Positions 8,435 to 17,282 are shown, counted from the stretch's first letter. The stretch: DNA of 64,000 nt from an uncultured Oscillibacter sp. (GCA_910579435.1 CAJTVF010000001.1:34412-98411); one strand, 5' to 3'. Program-made: numbers and translations. The notes: generated by a model not told the origin, from the sequence alone.

Positions 8435-9434
8435 GGATGTGGCGGCCATGGCGGGAGTCAGCGCCGCCACGGTGTCCCGGGCCCTGGACGACCGCCCGGA
8501 GATCAGCGCCGAGACCAAGGAAAAGGTCCGGGAGGCCTGCCGCTGCCTGGGCTATGTGCCCAACGCCGCCGCCCGGGGCCTGACGGGCCGCAAGACCCAC
8601 GTCATCGGCATGGTGGTGCCCGACGTGTCCAACCCCTATTTCTCCGGCATGGCCACGGCCATCGAGGCCCGGGCCGCTCAGGAGGGCTACCGGGTCCTGC
8701 TGAGCAATTCCATGCGCAGCGAGGAGCAGGAGATTCGGGCCATCGACCAGTTTCTGGCCAGGCAGATCGACGGGCTGCTGGTGGCGGCCATCTCGCCCCA
8801 GTCCCAGGCCCGCCACGGGGCGCTGCTCCGGGGACTGCCCTGCGTGTATCTGGGGGTGAACCACAGCGAGGCGTGCAGCTATGTGATGACGGACAACACC
8901 GTGGGAGCCTATGAGGCCACCCGGTATCTGCTGGACCTGGGCCACCGGGACATCCTCTTCTTCGGCGGGCGGGAGACCTCCCGCACCCGGGAGCTCCGGG
9001 TCGAGGGCTTCCACCGGGCTATGGCGGAGGAGGGCCTGACGGGCCGGGAGCTGGCGGCTGTGGGAGATGTGCGCCAGCTGCGCCAGTGGAGCTATGAGCG
9101 GGCCCTGGAGCTCTTCGAGTCCGGGCCGCCGCCGGACGCCATCTTCGCCTTTTCGGACATTACGGCCCTGAAGATTATGGAGGCGGCGGAGGAGCGGGGC
9201 GTCCGCATCCCGGAGGACGTGTCCCTGCTGGGCTACGACAACATCTCCTTCGCGGCCCTGCCCCGCATCGACCTGACCACCGTCTCCCAGCGGAAATTCC
9301 GGGCGGGGGAGATCGCGGTAACCCGGCTGCTGGAGCAGATCCGGGGGAAAAAGGAACAGACGGCGGACCTGCTCCAGCCGGAGCTGATTGTGCGGTCCAC
9401 CTGCATTAAAAAAGAAGGAGGCGGGTCACTATGA
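8409..9434 (+). CDS. LacI-family transcriptional regulator (second copy)
   Basis: ATIKDVAAMAGVSAATVSRAL HTH; start is one of ATG 8409/8412/8415 and overlaps the upstream gene. Confidence 0.95.
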   Translation: MMMKQATIKDVAAMAGVSAATVSRALDDRPEISAETKEKVREACRCLGYVPNAAARGLTGRKTHVIGMVVPDVSNPYFSGMATAIEARAAQEGYRVLLSNSMRSEEQEIRAIDQFLARQIDGLLVAAISPQSQARHGALLRGLPCVYLGVNHSEACSYVMTDNTVGAYEATRYLLDLGHRDILFFGGRETSRTRELRVEGFHRAMAEEGLTGRELAAVGDVRQLRQWSYERALELFESGPPPDAIFAFSDITALKIMEAAEERGVRIPEDVSLLGYDNISFAALPRIDLTTVSQRKFRAGEIAVTRLLEQIRGKKEQTADLLQPELIVRSTCIKKEGGGSL

Positions 9435-10465
9435 GGGGACTGCCCAACGAGGAGCGGCAGCGCTTGGGAGCTCTGCTGGAACATGCTTCCCAGGAGGAAG
9501 TCATGGCGAGGATTCCCCAGTTTTCCCAGGCGGAGGTTCACAATCTGGCCCCCGTCTCGCCCCAGGCCCGGCTGGACCTGGGCGTGCTGGTGTTCAACAT
9601 GGAGCGGGGCGTGTGCCTGGAGGAGCTGGGGGACTTCCTGGAGGACTGCCCGGCGGTCCGGCCCTTTGACGTGATCCTCGCCAACGAGCTGGACGACGGC
9701 TGCGTCCGCTCCGGGGGAAAGAACACCACCCTGGAGCTGGCGGAGCGGCTGGGGATGAACGCGGTGTTCGGCCTGGAGTTCATCGAGCTGGTGAACGGGG
9801 AGGACCCCAAGGGCTTCCACGGCAACGCCATTTTCTCCCGCTGGCCCGTTAAGCGGGCCAAGGTGGTCCGCCTGCCGGAGCAGTACAACTGGTACTTTGA
9901 CCGCCAGAGGCGCATCGGCGGGCGGCTGGCTATCCTGGCGGAGCTGGACGCGGCGGGAAAATCCATAGGCGTGGGGACCATCCATCTGGAGAACCGGACC
10001 CACGGGCCGGGCCGCCGGGCCCAGCTGGAGGCCGTGCTGAGGGAGGCGGAGGCCATGTTCCCCGGCATGCCCGTCGTCCTGGGCGGCGACCTGAACACCA
10101 ACACCTTCGACGGCCGGGACAAGGACGCCATCCAGGCCGTGGCGGGGAGCGCGGAGCTCCAGCGCCGCTGCCTGGAGGATGTGGCCGCCTGGGAGGAGTG
10201 CCTCCCGGCGGCGGAGGCGGCGGGTTACCGCCTCCTGCCGGAGCGGGCCGTGCCCACCCGGCGCAAGCCCCTCCCCGGTGGAGGACACCTGGACCTTCGG
10301 CTGGACTGGCTGCTGGTCCGGGGCCTGGAGGCGAAGGAGAGCCGCACCATCTCCACCCGGAAGGCGGACTGCGGCTTCGCCCGGCCCGGCAGCGCCCTGG
10401 CGGCGTTCACCGGGGAGGAGCTTTCCGATCACAACGCGGTCTGGGCGTCCTGCGCCCTGGAGTGA
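9431..10465 (+). CDS. Endonuclease/exonuclease/phosphatase (EEP) family phosphoesterase, cytoplasmic
   Basis: Motifs FN(M), ANELD, GNAIFSR, HLE, GGDLNT, LDWLL, SDH; no signal peptide. Confidence 0.85.
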   Translation: MRGLPNEERQRLGALLEHASQEEVMARIPQFSQAEVHNLAPVSPQARLDLGVLVFNMERGVCLEELGDFLEDCPAVRPFDVILANELDDGCVRSGGKNTTLELAERLGMNAVFGLEFIELVNGEDPKGFHGNAIFSRWPVKRAKVVRLPEQYNWYFDRQRRIGGRLAILAELDAAGKSIGVGTIHLENRTHGPGRRAQLEAVLREAEAMFPGMPVVLGGDLNTNTFDGRDKDAIQAVAGSAELQRRCLEDVAAWEECLPAAEAAGYRLLPERAVPTRRKPLPGGGHLDLRLDWLLVRGLEAKESRTISTRKADCGFARPGSALAAFTGEELSDHNAVWASCALE

Positions 10466-10479
10466 AAAGGAGAAATCAC

Positions 10480-11262
10480 ATGCTGAACACCGTATTATTT
10501 GATATGGGCGGGACCCTGGAGGACATTTGGAACAACGAGGAGACCCTGGCCGCGGTGATGGAAAAGCTCCAGGCCATGCTCCGCGCGGCGGGGCTGGAGC
10601 CCGGCTGCGGGCCGGAGGCGTTCCGGGAAAAGGTCCTGGCGGGACTGAGAGCCTACAAGAGCTGGAGCGAGTCCGTGTGGCTGGAGAAGAAGCCGGAGGA
10701 AATCTGGCCGGACTTCTATCTGAAGGCCTTTGACTTCGACCGGGAGAAGCTGATCCCCATCACCGAGGACCTGGCCAACATGTGGGAGCTGACCTATTTC
10801 CACCGGGAGCTCCGGCCCGGGGTCCGGGAGATGCTGGAGGAGCTGGAGCGCCGGGGCTACAAGCTGGGCGTGGTGTCCAACAACGCCTCCCTCTACAACG
10901 TGTTCAACGTGCTGGAGGACTACGGCATCCGGCATTTCATGCGGGACGTGACGGTATCCAGCGTCACGGGCTACCGCAAGCCCCACCCGGAGATTTTCCG
11001 GATTTCCTTCCGGCAGATGCAGGTGAGGGCGGAGGACTGCGTCTATGTGGGGGACACGATCTCCCGGGACATCATCGGCGCCAAGCGGGCGGGCTTCGCC
11101 AAAGCGGTGCAGATCGGCTCCCATCTCTCCGCCGAGAAGGACGCGGCGGTGAAAGACGCGGCGGAGAAGCCGGACGCGGTCATTTCGGACATCCGGGAGC
11201 TAACGGCGTGGCTGGACGAAATCAACCCCGCCATGGCGCCCAAGGCGGCGCGGGAGGTGTGA
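10480..11262 (+). CDS. HAD-superfamily hydrolase (subfamily IA)
   Basis: Motif I FDMGGTL, motif II VSN, motif III RKPHPEIF, motif IV VGDTISRDIIGA; ATG 10480 with RBS AAGGAG. Confidence 0.9.
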   Translation: MLNTVLFDMGGTLEDIWNNEETLAAVMEKLQAMLRAAGLEPGCGPEAFREKVLAGLRAYKSWSESVWLEKKPEEIWPDFYLKAFDFDREKLIPITEDLANMWELTYFHRELRPGVREMLEELERRGYKLGVVSNNASLYNVFNVLEDYGIRHFMRDVTVSSVTGYRKPHPEIFRISFRQMQVRAEDCVYVGDTISRDIIGAKRAGFAKAVQIGSHLSAEKDAAVKDAAEKPDAVISDIRELTAWLDEINPAMAPKAAREV

Positions 11263-11265
11263 GCG

Positions 11266-12156
11266 ATGAAAAAACAGTATGACGTTCTGGTGATTGGCCC
11301 CGTGTCCCTGGACCACAACATCGACTACCAGGGCAACGAGCGGAAAGAAGTGGGCGGGGCCGTGGTGGCCTCCGGCTTCGCGGCGGCGGGGAGCGGAAAC
11401 AAAACCGCCCTCTTCACCAAGCTGAACCCCGCCGACGCCGACGTTGAGGCCCGTTTCGCCGGGTCCGGCGCGGACCTGTACTGGAAGCCCTCCAGGGCCA
11501 CCTGCTCCATCCGGAACCAGTACTTCACCGCCGACAAGGAGAAGCGCTCCTGCACCTCCATGGGGGTCTGCGATCCCTTCCGGTTCGACGAGCTGCCGGA
11601 CGTGGAGGCGAAGATTTACCACTTCGCCGGGCTGGTCTACGGGGACTTCGACGGCCCCCTCTTCGCCGAGGCGGCGAAGCACGGCAAGGTGGCCGTGGAC
11701 GTCCAGTGCCTCCTGCGGCACGTGGAGCCGGACAAGACCATGGCCTTCCATGACTGGGCGGAGAAGCGGGAGTACCTGCCCTGCATCGACTACCTGAAGA
11801 CCGACGCCGCCGAGGCGGAAATTCTCACGGGCCTGACGGACCGGGCGGAGGCGGCGAAGCTGCTCCACAGCTGGGGAGCGAAAGAGGTCCTGATTACCCA
11901 CAACACGGAGGTGCTGGCCTACGGCGGGGACAAGATTTACACCTGCCCCATCAAGGCCCGGAACCTCTCCGGCCGGACGGGCAGGGGGGACACCACCTTC
12001 GCCGGGTATATCACGGAGCGCCAGCGGGCGGGCATTGAGGAGGCCCTGCTGTACTGCACGGCCCTGGTGTCCCTGAAAATGGAGACCCCCGGCCCCTTCC
12101 AGGGGAGCCGGGAGGATGTGCTGGCGTATATCCGTGCGTTCTACCAGGGGGCGTAA
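11266..12156 (+). CDS. PfkB/ribokinase-family kinase, probable PPi-dependent myo-inositol kinase (TM0415-like)
   Basis: GRTGRGDT replaces the usual GAGD anion-hole motif; DVQCLLR, YLKTD and SLKMETPGP segments match my recollection of Thermotoga TM0415. Confidence 0.8.
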   Translation: MKKQYDVLVIGPVSLDHNIDYQGNERKEVGGAVVASGFAAAGSGNKTALFTKLNPADADVEARFAGSGADLYWKPSRATCSIRNQYFTADKEKRSCTSMGVCDPFRFDELPDVEAKIYHFAGLVYGDFDGPLFAEAAKHGKVAVDVQCLLRHVEPDKTMAFHDWAEKREYLPCIDYLKTDAAEAEILTGLTDRAEAAKLLHSWGAKEVLITHNTEVLAYGGDKIYTCPIKARNLSGRTGRGDTTFAGYITERQRAGIEEALLYCTALVSLKMETPGPFQGSREDVLAYIRAFYQGA

Positions 12157-12167
12157 TAGAGAAGGAC

Positions 12168-12213
12168 AGAGGCGGCGTGTTCCTTGACGCGGGGGACACG
12201 CCGCCTTGTTTTT
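12168..12213 (+). terminator. Terminator closing the cargo operon
   Basis: GGCGGCGTGT/ACACGCCGCC stem followed by TTGTTTTT. Confidence 0.6.
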
Positions 12214-12406
12214 GCCGGTTTACTTGGAACATTTTATAATATTGCATATTGGCAAATAAAGAAATAGTTCCTTAAGTGGATCCCGGTATCCATAGTGGAA
12301 CATACCATAAACGGTAAAAATGCAAAAGCGAAAAACTATTTTGTCTTAGTGCCTTATAAGCTTGAGCTTCGGTGTGTTCTAATAAAAATTGATATAAGGA
12401 TTTTTA

Positions 12407-13834
12407 TTAGGATGATCGCTTGCGCCGATTCGGCATACTTTCTTCCAGCCATTCTGTGAACGCATCCAGGGTCAAGTTTCCACTCAAGCAATCATCTCGT
12501 TTTTGAACGGCCTCATATTGCCACTGCTTGAATTTGTCTCGCTTGAGGCTTCCGGCCTGGACCCTGGCAAAGTAGCGTTTGTAGTATTTCTGATAGACGC
12601 TCAGAGGATTCCTGCCGTCGTTGTCTTTCAGCTTTTCCAGATATGTTTCCTGTGCCGCAAGCTGCTGGCAGGTGCGGTGCTCTCCATCCGCGATGCGGTC
12701 ACAGTAGGCCCCGTGGTAGTTGCCTTTGACGATGAAATATTTCCCGCAGCGTCTGCACTTTTGAAACTCCAGTCCGGCCTCTAAGATTTTTGTGAATTCC
12801 AGATACAGCATGTCGCGCAGGTTGCTGCAGGTATAGCTTGAGGAAATGAAGCAGGGAATTTTGTAACAGAGCTCCAGCTCATACTCCGGCAGACCGTACT
12901 CCTCACAAAACGCTTTCTGCTCAGGGGACAGGATGATCTCTTGGTCAACGTCAATTTTATCAAGGTCAGTACCAAATGGCATTTGCGTGCCACGGGGATC
13001 GCAGGAATCCGGCTGAAAGGTCTCCTGACGCTTATGGCAGGAGGGAACGCCTTTGATTTTACACCAAAGGCTGTAGCGTTCCGACGGATACAACCGGCCA
13101 AGGACTTCTGGGCGGTAGCTTTTGTCCAGACAGAACTCGATGAGCTCCAGGAACTCTGTCTGCAAGAACAAGAGATAATGTCGGTAATACTCCAACGCTT
13201 TTTCTGTCCTGCGTGTGAACTGTGGAGGAAAGGTGGCAGTGTAAATGGAAGAGTAGGAGACCTCGCTCAGAGTAGGGAAGACCTCTGCGTACAACTCGTA
13301 GAGTTGGATAACGCTCTCCTCTATACGATGAATCTTTTTCGGATCGTCAGTGGTCTGGGCCAGTTCCTGATACGTTGCGGCACAATGATCAAAAGCGGAC
13401 TTGAAGTCAGCGTAGCAAAAGTTCAAGACGCCCTCGCCCAGCGGCACGACAACCGTCGTGCCGCTGAGCGCGTTAATCCTCTGCTCTGCTGCGTCGTAAG
13501 GGTAGAGCGGGTCTGGCGGCTGCACCTCAAAAATGCTTCCAAACTTCTCTCGGATTCTTTGAAGCTCCGCACGCCAGAACTCCACCTCCGCTTCGGTGAC
13601 CTCCCGTTGATAAGTCTTGGGAATGGGATACTCCAAATCCTCGTACAGATCAAACATGCATTCGAACTCGTAAACTGGGCTGACGTTGATGTACAGCCTT
13701 TTCTCTTTCTCCAAATAAGAAACGCTATTCTCAAAGAAGGAGGGGGAGAGGTCCTCGCAGCCGCTCCACTGTGATCGGTAATTTGCGTGTTCAGAATTCT
13801 GGTATTCGGACAGATCAAAGTTGGGACGAACCAT
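12407..13834 (-). CDS. DUF6076-like protein with C-terminal Cys cluster (IME-associated)
   Basis: C-terminal LEFTKILE...KCRRCGKYF...YCDR...TC...YKRYFARV pattern; RBS AGGAGG. Confidence 0.65.
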   Translation of the reverse strand: MVRPNFDLSEYQNSEHANYRSQWSGCEDLSPSFFENSVSYLEKEKRLYINVSPVYEFECMFDLYEDLEYPIPKTYQREVTEAEVEFWRAELQRIREKFGSIFEVQPPDPLYPYDAAEQRINALSGTTVVVPLGEGVLNFCYADFKSAFDHCAATYQELAQTTDDPKKIHRIEESVIQLYELYAEVFPTLSEVSYSSIYTATFPPQFTRRTEKALEYYRHYLLFLQTEFLELIEFCLDKSYRPEVLGRLYPSERYSLWCKIKGVPSCHKRQETFQPDSCDPRGTQMPFGTDLDKIDVDQEIILSPEQKAFCEEYGLPEYELELCYKIPCFISSSYTCSNLRDMLYLEFTKILEAGLEFQKCRRCGKYFIVKGNYHGAYCDRIADGEHRTCQQLAAQETYLEKLKDNDGRNPLSVYQKYYKRYFARVQAGSLKRDKFKQWQYEAVQKRDDCLSGNLTLDAFTEWLEESMPNRRKRSS

Positions 13835-13919
13835 GAGAGATGCCGCCTCCTTTTTGAAAATCAGGTTTCGTTCAAAAATCGAGAATCTATATCACGCCAG
13901 AAAATATTATACAGAACTC

Positions 13920-13948
13920 TTGAGCCCGTGTCAAATCTCTGCTATCCT
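13920..13948 (+). promoter_or_regulatory. Promoter of HTH-xis-mob transcript
   Basis: TTGAGC, 17 nt, extended -10 TG-c-TATCCT. Confidence 0.45.
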
Positions 13949-13972
13949 GTTCGCAGGACAGGAGGAGATTGG

Positions 13973-14296
13973 ATGCGGTATTTTAGCAAACAGCTTTTTC
14001 AAATCGACGCGGAGATTTTTTATCACAATCTCACCGCGCACCAACTGGCGGTGTACAGTTATCTGGTATTCTGCTCCGGCAGCCGGAACGCCTGCCAATT
14101 GAACGTTCGGACCATCGCCACCGCCTGCGGCTGTTCGGAATCCAGCGTCAGGCGCGCACTGCACGGATTGAGGGAACGTGGTTTTATTGATGTGAAGGGT
14201 GCTGTGCAAAAGCTAAGGAGCGGCGGTTATCGGCGGACCTGCAACCGCTACTATCTGCTGGACCGGAGCGAGTGGAGACCGCCGAATGAAGCGTAG
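13973..14296 (+). CDS. Small winged-HTH protein (HTH_36/replication-organiser-like)
   Basis: LTAHQLAVYSYL...TIATACGCSESSVRRALHGLRERGFI; ATG 13973 with RBS AGGAGG. Confidence 0.7.
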   Translation: MRYFSKQLFQIDAEIFYHNLTAHQLAVYSYLVFCSGSRNACQLNVRTIATACGCSESSVRRALHGLRERGFIDVKGAVQKLRSGGYRRTCNRYYLLDRSEWRPPNEA

Positions 14297-14352
14297 TGCC
14301 GTTCCAAATAGAGCGAGGAAATGTATGAATAAAAAGGCGTCGGAGGGTGACA

Positions 14353-14583
14353 ATGAAAGATTCTGTGTACAAGAGCTACGATGAGCTGCCGCTGTTCCTC
14401 AACGCAAAAACAGTGGCAAAGGTGCTGGGCGTCTCTCTGTCCAGCGGTTATGAGTTAATGCACCAGCAGGACTTCCCAACGCTGAAAATAGGGAACCGCA
14501 TTGTGGTTCCCAAAGAGAGGTTTGTCCAGTGGGTGGAGCGAAACACGAGTGGTGGTGACGACGATGGAAGTCTCGAAATTTGA
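14353..14583 (+). CDS. Excisionase-like HTH_17 protein
   Basis: YDELPLFLNAKTVAKVLGVS...YELM...FP.LKIG.RIVVPKE.F..W pattern; RBS GGAGG. Confidence 0.85.
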   Translation: MKDSVYKSYDELPLFLNAKTVAKVLGVSLSSGYELMHQQDFPTLKIGNRIVVPKERFVQWVERNTSGGDDDGSLEI

Positions 14584-14920
14584 GACTGGTAAAGATAAGA
14601 GCAAGATGCCCCGTGTGACGACTTGTGAGCCCTCGTGTGCGATTTTCTATCGAGGGCAGGGCAGACCTCCGGGGAAGCAGTCTGCACCAAAATGCAACGA
14701 GTTACGAGGGATGAAAGAAAAGCAGGAGAAAGCCCTGGCGCTTTCCGCGCGCCAGGGCGGGTACTTCTGCCCGCAGTGCGGGCAGTTGCGGGGGCAAAGA
14801 CTGACGCTTTTTTGACGGGGGAGCAGACCGATTGACGCTGATATTCCCAAGGGTCCCTCTAAGCCCTGCCGTTGAAGGCTTTGGCATGACGCTAATTTGG
14901 AATAAGGAGGATATTTCAGC

Positions 14921-15343
14921 ATGAATGAAGATAAAAAGCGGCACACGGTCTGGCTCACTCCGGATGCGTGGAGTCAGGTGGAAAGCAGCTATACAAAAGA
15001 CAACTGCACCACGAAAAATGAGTACATCGAGAAGGCAATCCGGTTCTACACTGGCTACCTAAATACGCAAAACGCCGCCAGCTATCTCCCGCGTGTCCTT
15101 GCGGATGTGCTGGAGGGCAAGCTGGGAGCATTAGGCACCCGGATCGGCAAGTTGCTGTTCAAGCTGGTCGTGGAGCAGGACATGACCTCGAATATCACCG
15201 CGGCAGTGAATCAGATTCCCTTGGATGATCTGGAACGTCTGCGGGCACGCTGCATACGGGACGCCAAAAAGACCAACGGGGTCATCAATCTCGAGGATGC
15301 CGTCAGGTACCAGAATGGATGGAGTGATCAATGGTCAGGCTGA
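14921..15343 (+). CDS. Putative relaxosome accessory (ribbon-helix-helix) protein
   Basis: N-terminal RHTVWL beta-strand plus NEYIEKAIRFY helix; overlaps the relaxase start. Confidence 0.6.
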   Translation: MNEDKKRHTVWLTPDAWSQVESSYTKDNCTTKNEYIEKAIRFYTGYLNTQNAASYLPRVLADVLEGKLGALGTRIGKLLFKLVVEQDMTSNITAAVNQIPLDDLERLRARCIRDAKKTNGVINLEDAVRYQNGWSDQWSG

Positions 15344-17247
15344 TTCAAAAGAGCGGCTACATCAAAACAGGCAACGCGTCCGGGTACATGAAGTACATCG
15401 CAACTCGTGAGCGAGTGGAAAAGCTGGAAGGCAGTGCTCCTGTGACGAAAGGTCAACAGCAGCTCATTGAAAATCTGCTCCGAGATTTTCCCGACGCCAA
15501 TAAGTTGGACGAATACAGCGGCTATCGTTTGGCGCCAACCACTGGCAACGCCTCCGCGTTGATCTCTGCGGTGCTGGATGCGAACGCGCACAAGTTCACG
15601 GATAGAGATGGCTACATGAAGTATATCGCAACCCGGCCCCGTGTTGAGCGCCACGGTGAGCATGGCCTATTCAGTAATCGGCCGGTGTCGCTGGACGCCG
15701 CGCTCAAAGAAGTCGAGACGCACACCGGAAACGTGTGGACGTTCATCTGGTCCCTGCGTCGTGAGGATGCGGCGCGTCTTGGCTATGACCATGCAGAGAG
15801 CTGGCGAAAGCTGATCAAGGCCCATCAGGCGGAGATAGCGGAGGCCATGAAAATTCCACCGGACCAGCTCCGCTGGTATGCTGCGTTTCACGACGAAGGT
15901 CACCACCCTCATGTCCACGCCATGGTCTGGTCAGCCGATCCAAAGCAGGGTCGGCTGACTAAAGAGGGCGTCAAGATGATTCGCTCCAAGCTCACCAATG
16001 ATATTTTCCAGGATGAGATGTACACGCTCTATCAAGAGAAAGATGTTTCCTACAAGGAGCTCGTCGCAATGTCACGGCGGACCATGAAAGAACTGCTAGA
16101 GAAGATGCGTTCAGGCTCCTGCGGCAGCCCGGTGATTGAAAACAAGCTGCTGGAGCTGTCACAGTTGCTGGAAACGGTCAAGGGTAAAAAGGTCTATGGC
16201 TACTTGAAGAAGCCGGTCAAGGCTCAGGTGGATGCCATCGTGGACGAGCTGGCGAAGCTCCCAGAGGTGGCGGAGTGCTATGAAGTTTGGAACGGCCTGC
16301 GAGATGAACTGGAGGGTTACTACAAGGACGTGCCTCGTCATCGGCTACCGCTCTCACAGCAGAAGGAATTCCGTACCATCAAGAATCTGGTCATTCAGGA
16401 GGCGGAAAATCTGCGGCAGGGTGTGTTCACCTTCGAGGACGCGGAGATGAACGATGAGCCGGAAATGGATTCGGAAGTCCTTCCGCAAGGCGTTGGCTAC
16501 CAGGCGGCAACGCTGCTTTACGATGACGAAATCACGCAGGCAGAAAAACGAGAAGCGCTGAGAGTGCTGGAGCAATTGTGGGACAAAGATTTTACCTCAG
16601 CTGCATACCACTTGGGCAGAGCGTACCGGGATGGCCTTGGCTTGCTGCCGGATGATGAGAAGGCGGAAAAGTGGTTCCGGCGCTCTGCTGATACAGGAAA
16701 TGTGCATACGCTGTATGTGTTGGGAAAACTGCTTCAAGAGCAAGGGCGGCTCAGTGAGGCGGTGTCGTGGTACGAGCATGCCTGTAAATCTGACAGCCAG
16801 TACGCTCAGTACTCCCTTGGAAAGATGTACCTCCTGGGCAATGGCGTTCCGAAAGACGTCAGCAGGGCAATTCAGTTGCTGAGGTCTTCCGCAAATCAAG
16901 GAAACCAATATGCACAGTATGTTCTCGGAAAGCTCTGCCTGCAGGGCAAGGAGGTAGAAAAGAATCCCGAGGCGGCAGAGTATTGGCTGACGAGGTCTGC
17001 CGTTCAGGGTAACGCACCTGCCCAGTTCCTCCTGGACCACCGGCAGCATAATCCGTCAGTTCTTCTCTGTACTGCGAGGCTCCTCCACCACATGAGCAAT
17101 ATTTTCTGGGAGACGCTTCCGCCGCCTAATCCGGCGGGCGGCCATGTGGAGAGTAAGCTCATGGGGCGGATTCGTGAAAAGAAAATCGCCATGGGCCATA
17201 AGCCGGACGATCACGAGGAATACCAGGGTCCATCAATGTCGATGTGA
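15331..17247 (+). CDS. MobP3/MobL-type relaxase with C-terminal Sel1-like repeats
   Basis: Two YMKYIATR motifs, HUH motif HDEGHHPHVH, Sel1 repeats (AAYHLGRAYRDG, AQYSLGKMYLLG, AQYVLGKLCLQG). Confidence 0.85.
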   Translation: MVRLIQKSGYIKTGNASGYMKYIATRERVEKLEGSAPVTKGQQQLIENLLRDFPDANKLDEYSGYRLAPTTGNASALISAVLDANAHKFTDRDGYMKYIATRPRVERHGEHGLFSNRPVSLDAALKEVETHTGNVWTFIWSLRREDAARLGYDHAESWRKLIKAHQAEIAEAMKIPPDQLRWYAAFHDEGHHPHVHAMVWSADPKQGRLTKEGVKMIRSKLTNDIFQDEMYTLYQEKDVSYKELVAMSRRTMKELLEKMRSGSCGSPVIENKLLELSQLLETVKGKKVYGYLKKPVKAQVDAIVDELAKLPEVAECYEVWNGLRDELEGYYKDVPRHRLPLSQQKEFRTIKNLVIQEAENLRQGVFTFEDAEMNDEPEMDSEVLPQGVGYQAATLLYDDEITQAEKREALRVLEQLWDKDFTSAAYHLGRAYRDGLGLLPDDEKAEKWFRRSADTGNVHTLYVLGKLLQEQGRLSEAVSWYEHACKSDSQYAQYSLGKMYLLGNGVPKDVSRAIQLLRSSANQGNQYAQYVLGKLCLQGKEVEKNPEAAEYWLTRSAVQGNAPAQFLLDHRQHNPSVLLCTARLLHHMSNIFWETLPPPNPAGGHVESKLMGRIREKKIAMGHKPDDHEEYQGPSMSM

Positions 17248-17252
17248 CAAGT

Positions 17253-17282
17253 TCAAAATTTGAGTCGCATAAACAAAGATAA
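17253..17282 (+). repeat. Bipartite direct repeat, copy 2 (TCAAAATTTG-N6-ATAAACAAAGATAA)
   Basis: Immediately after the relaxase stop; matches 1667-1697. Confidence 0.6.

Noticed and set aside
13942-13950. CTATCCTGT resembling the MOBP nic consensus
   Set aside because: It fits better as an extended -10 box 17 nt from TTGAGC and directly before an RBS; it is far from the relaxase operon start. oriT remains unlocated.
14635-14835. Short ORFs between xis and the relaxosome accessory gene
   Set aside because: No convincing RBS or family motif; more likely non-coding oriT/promoter DNA.
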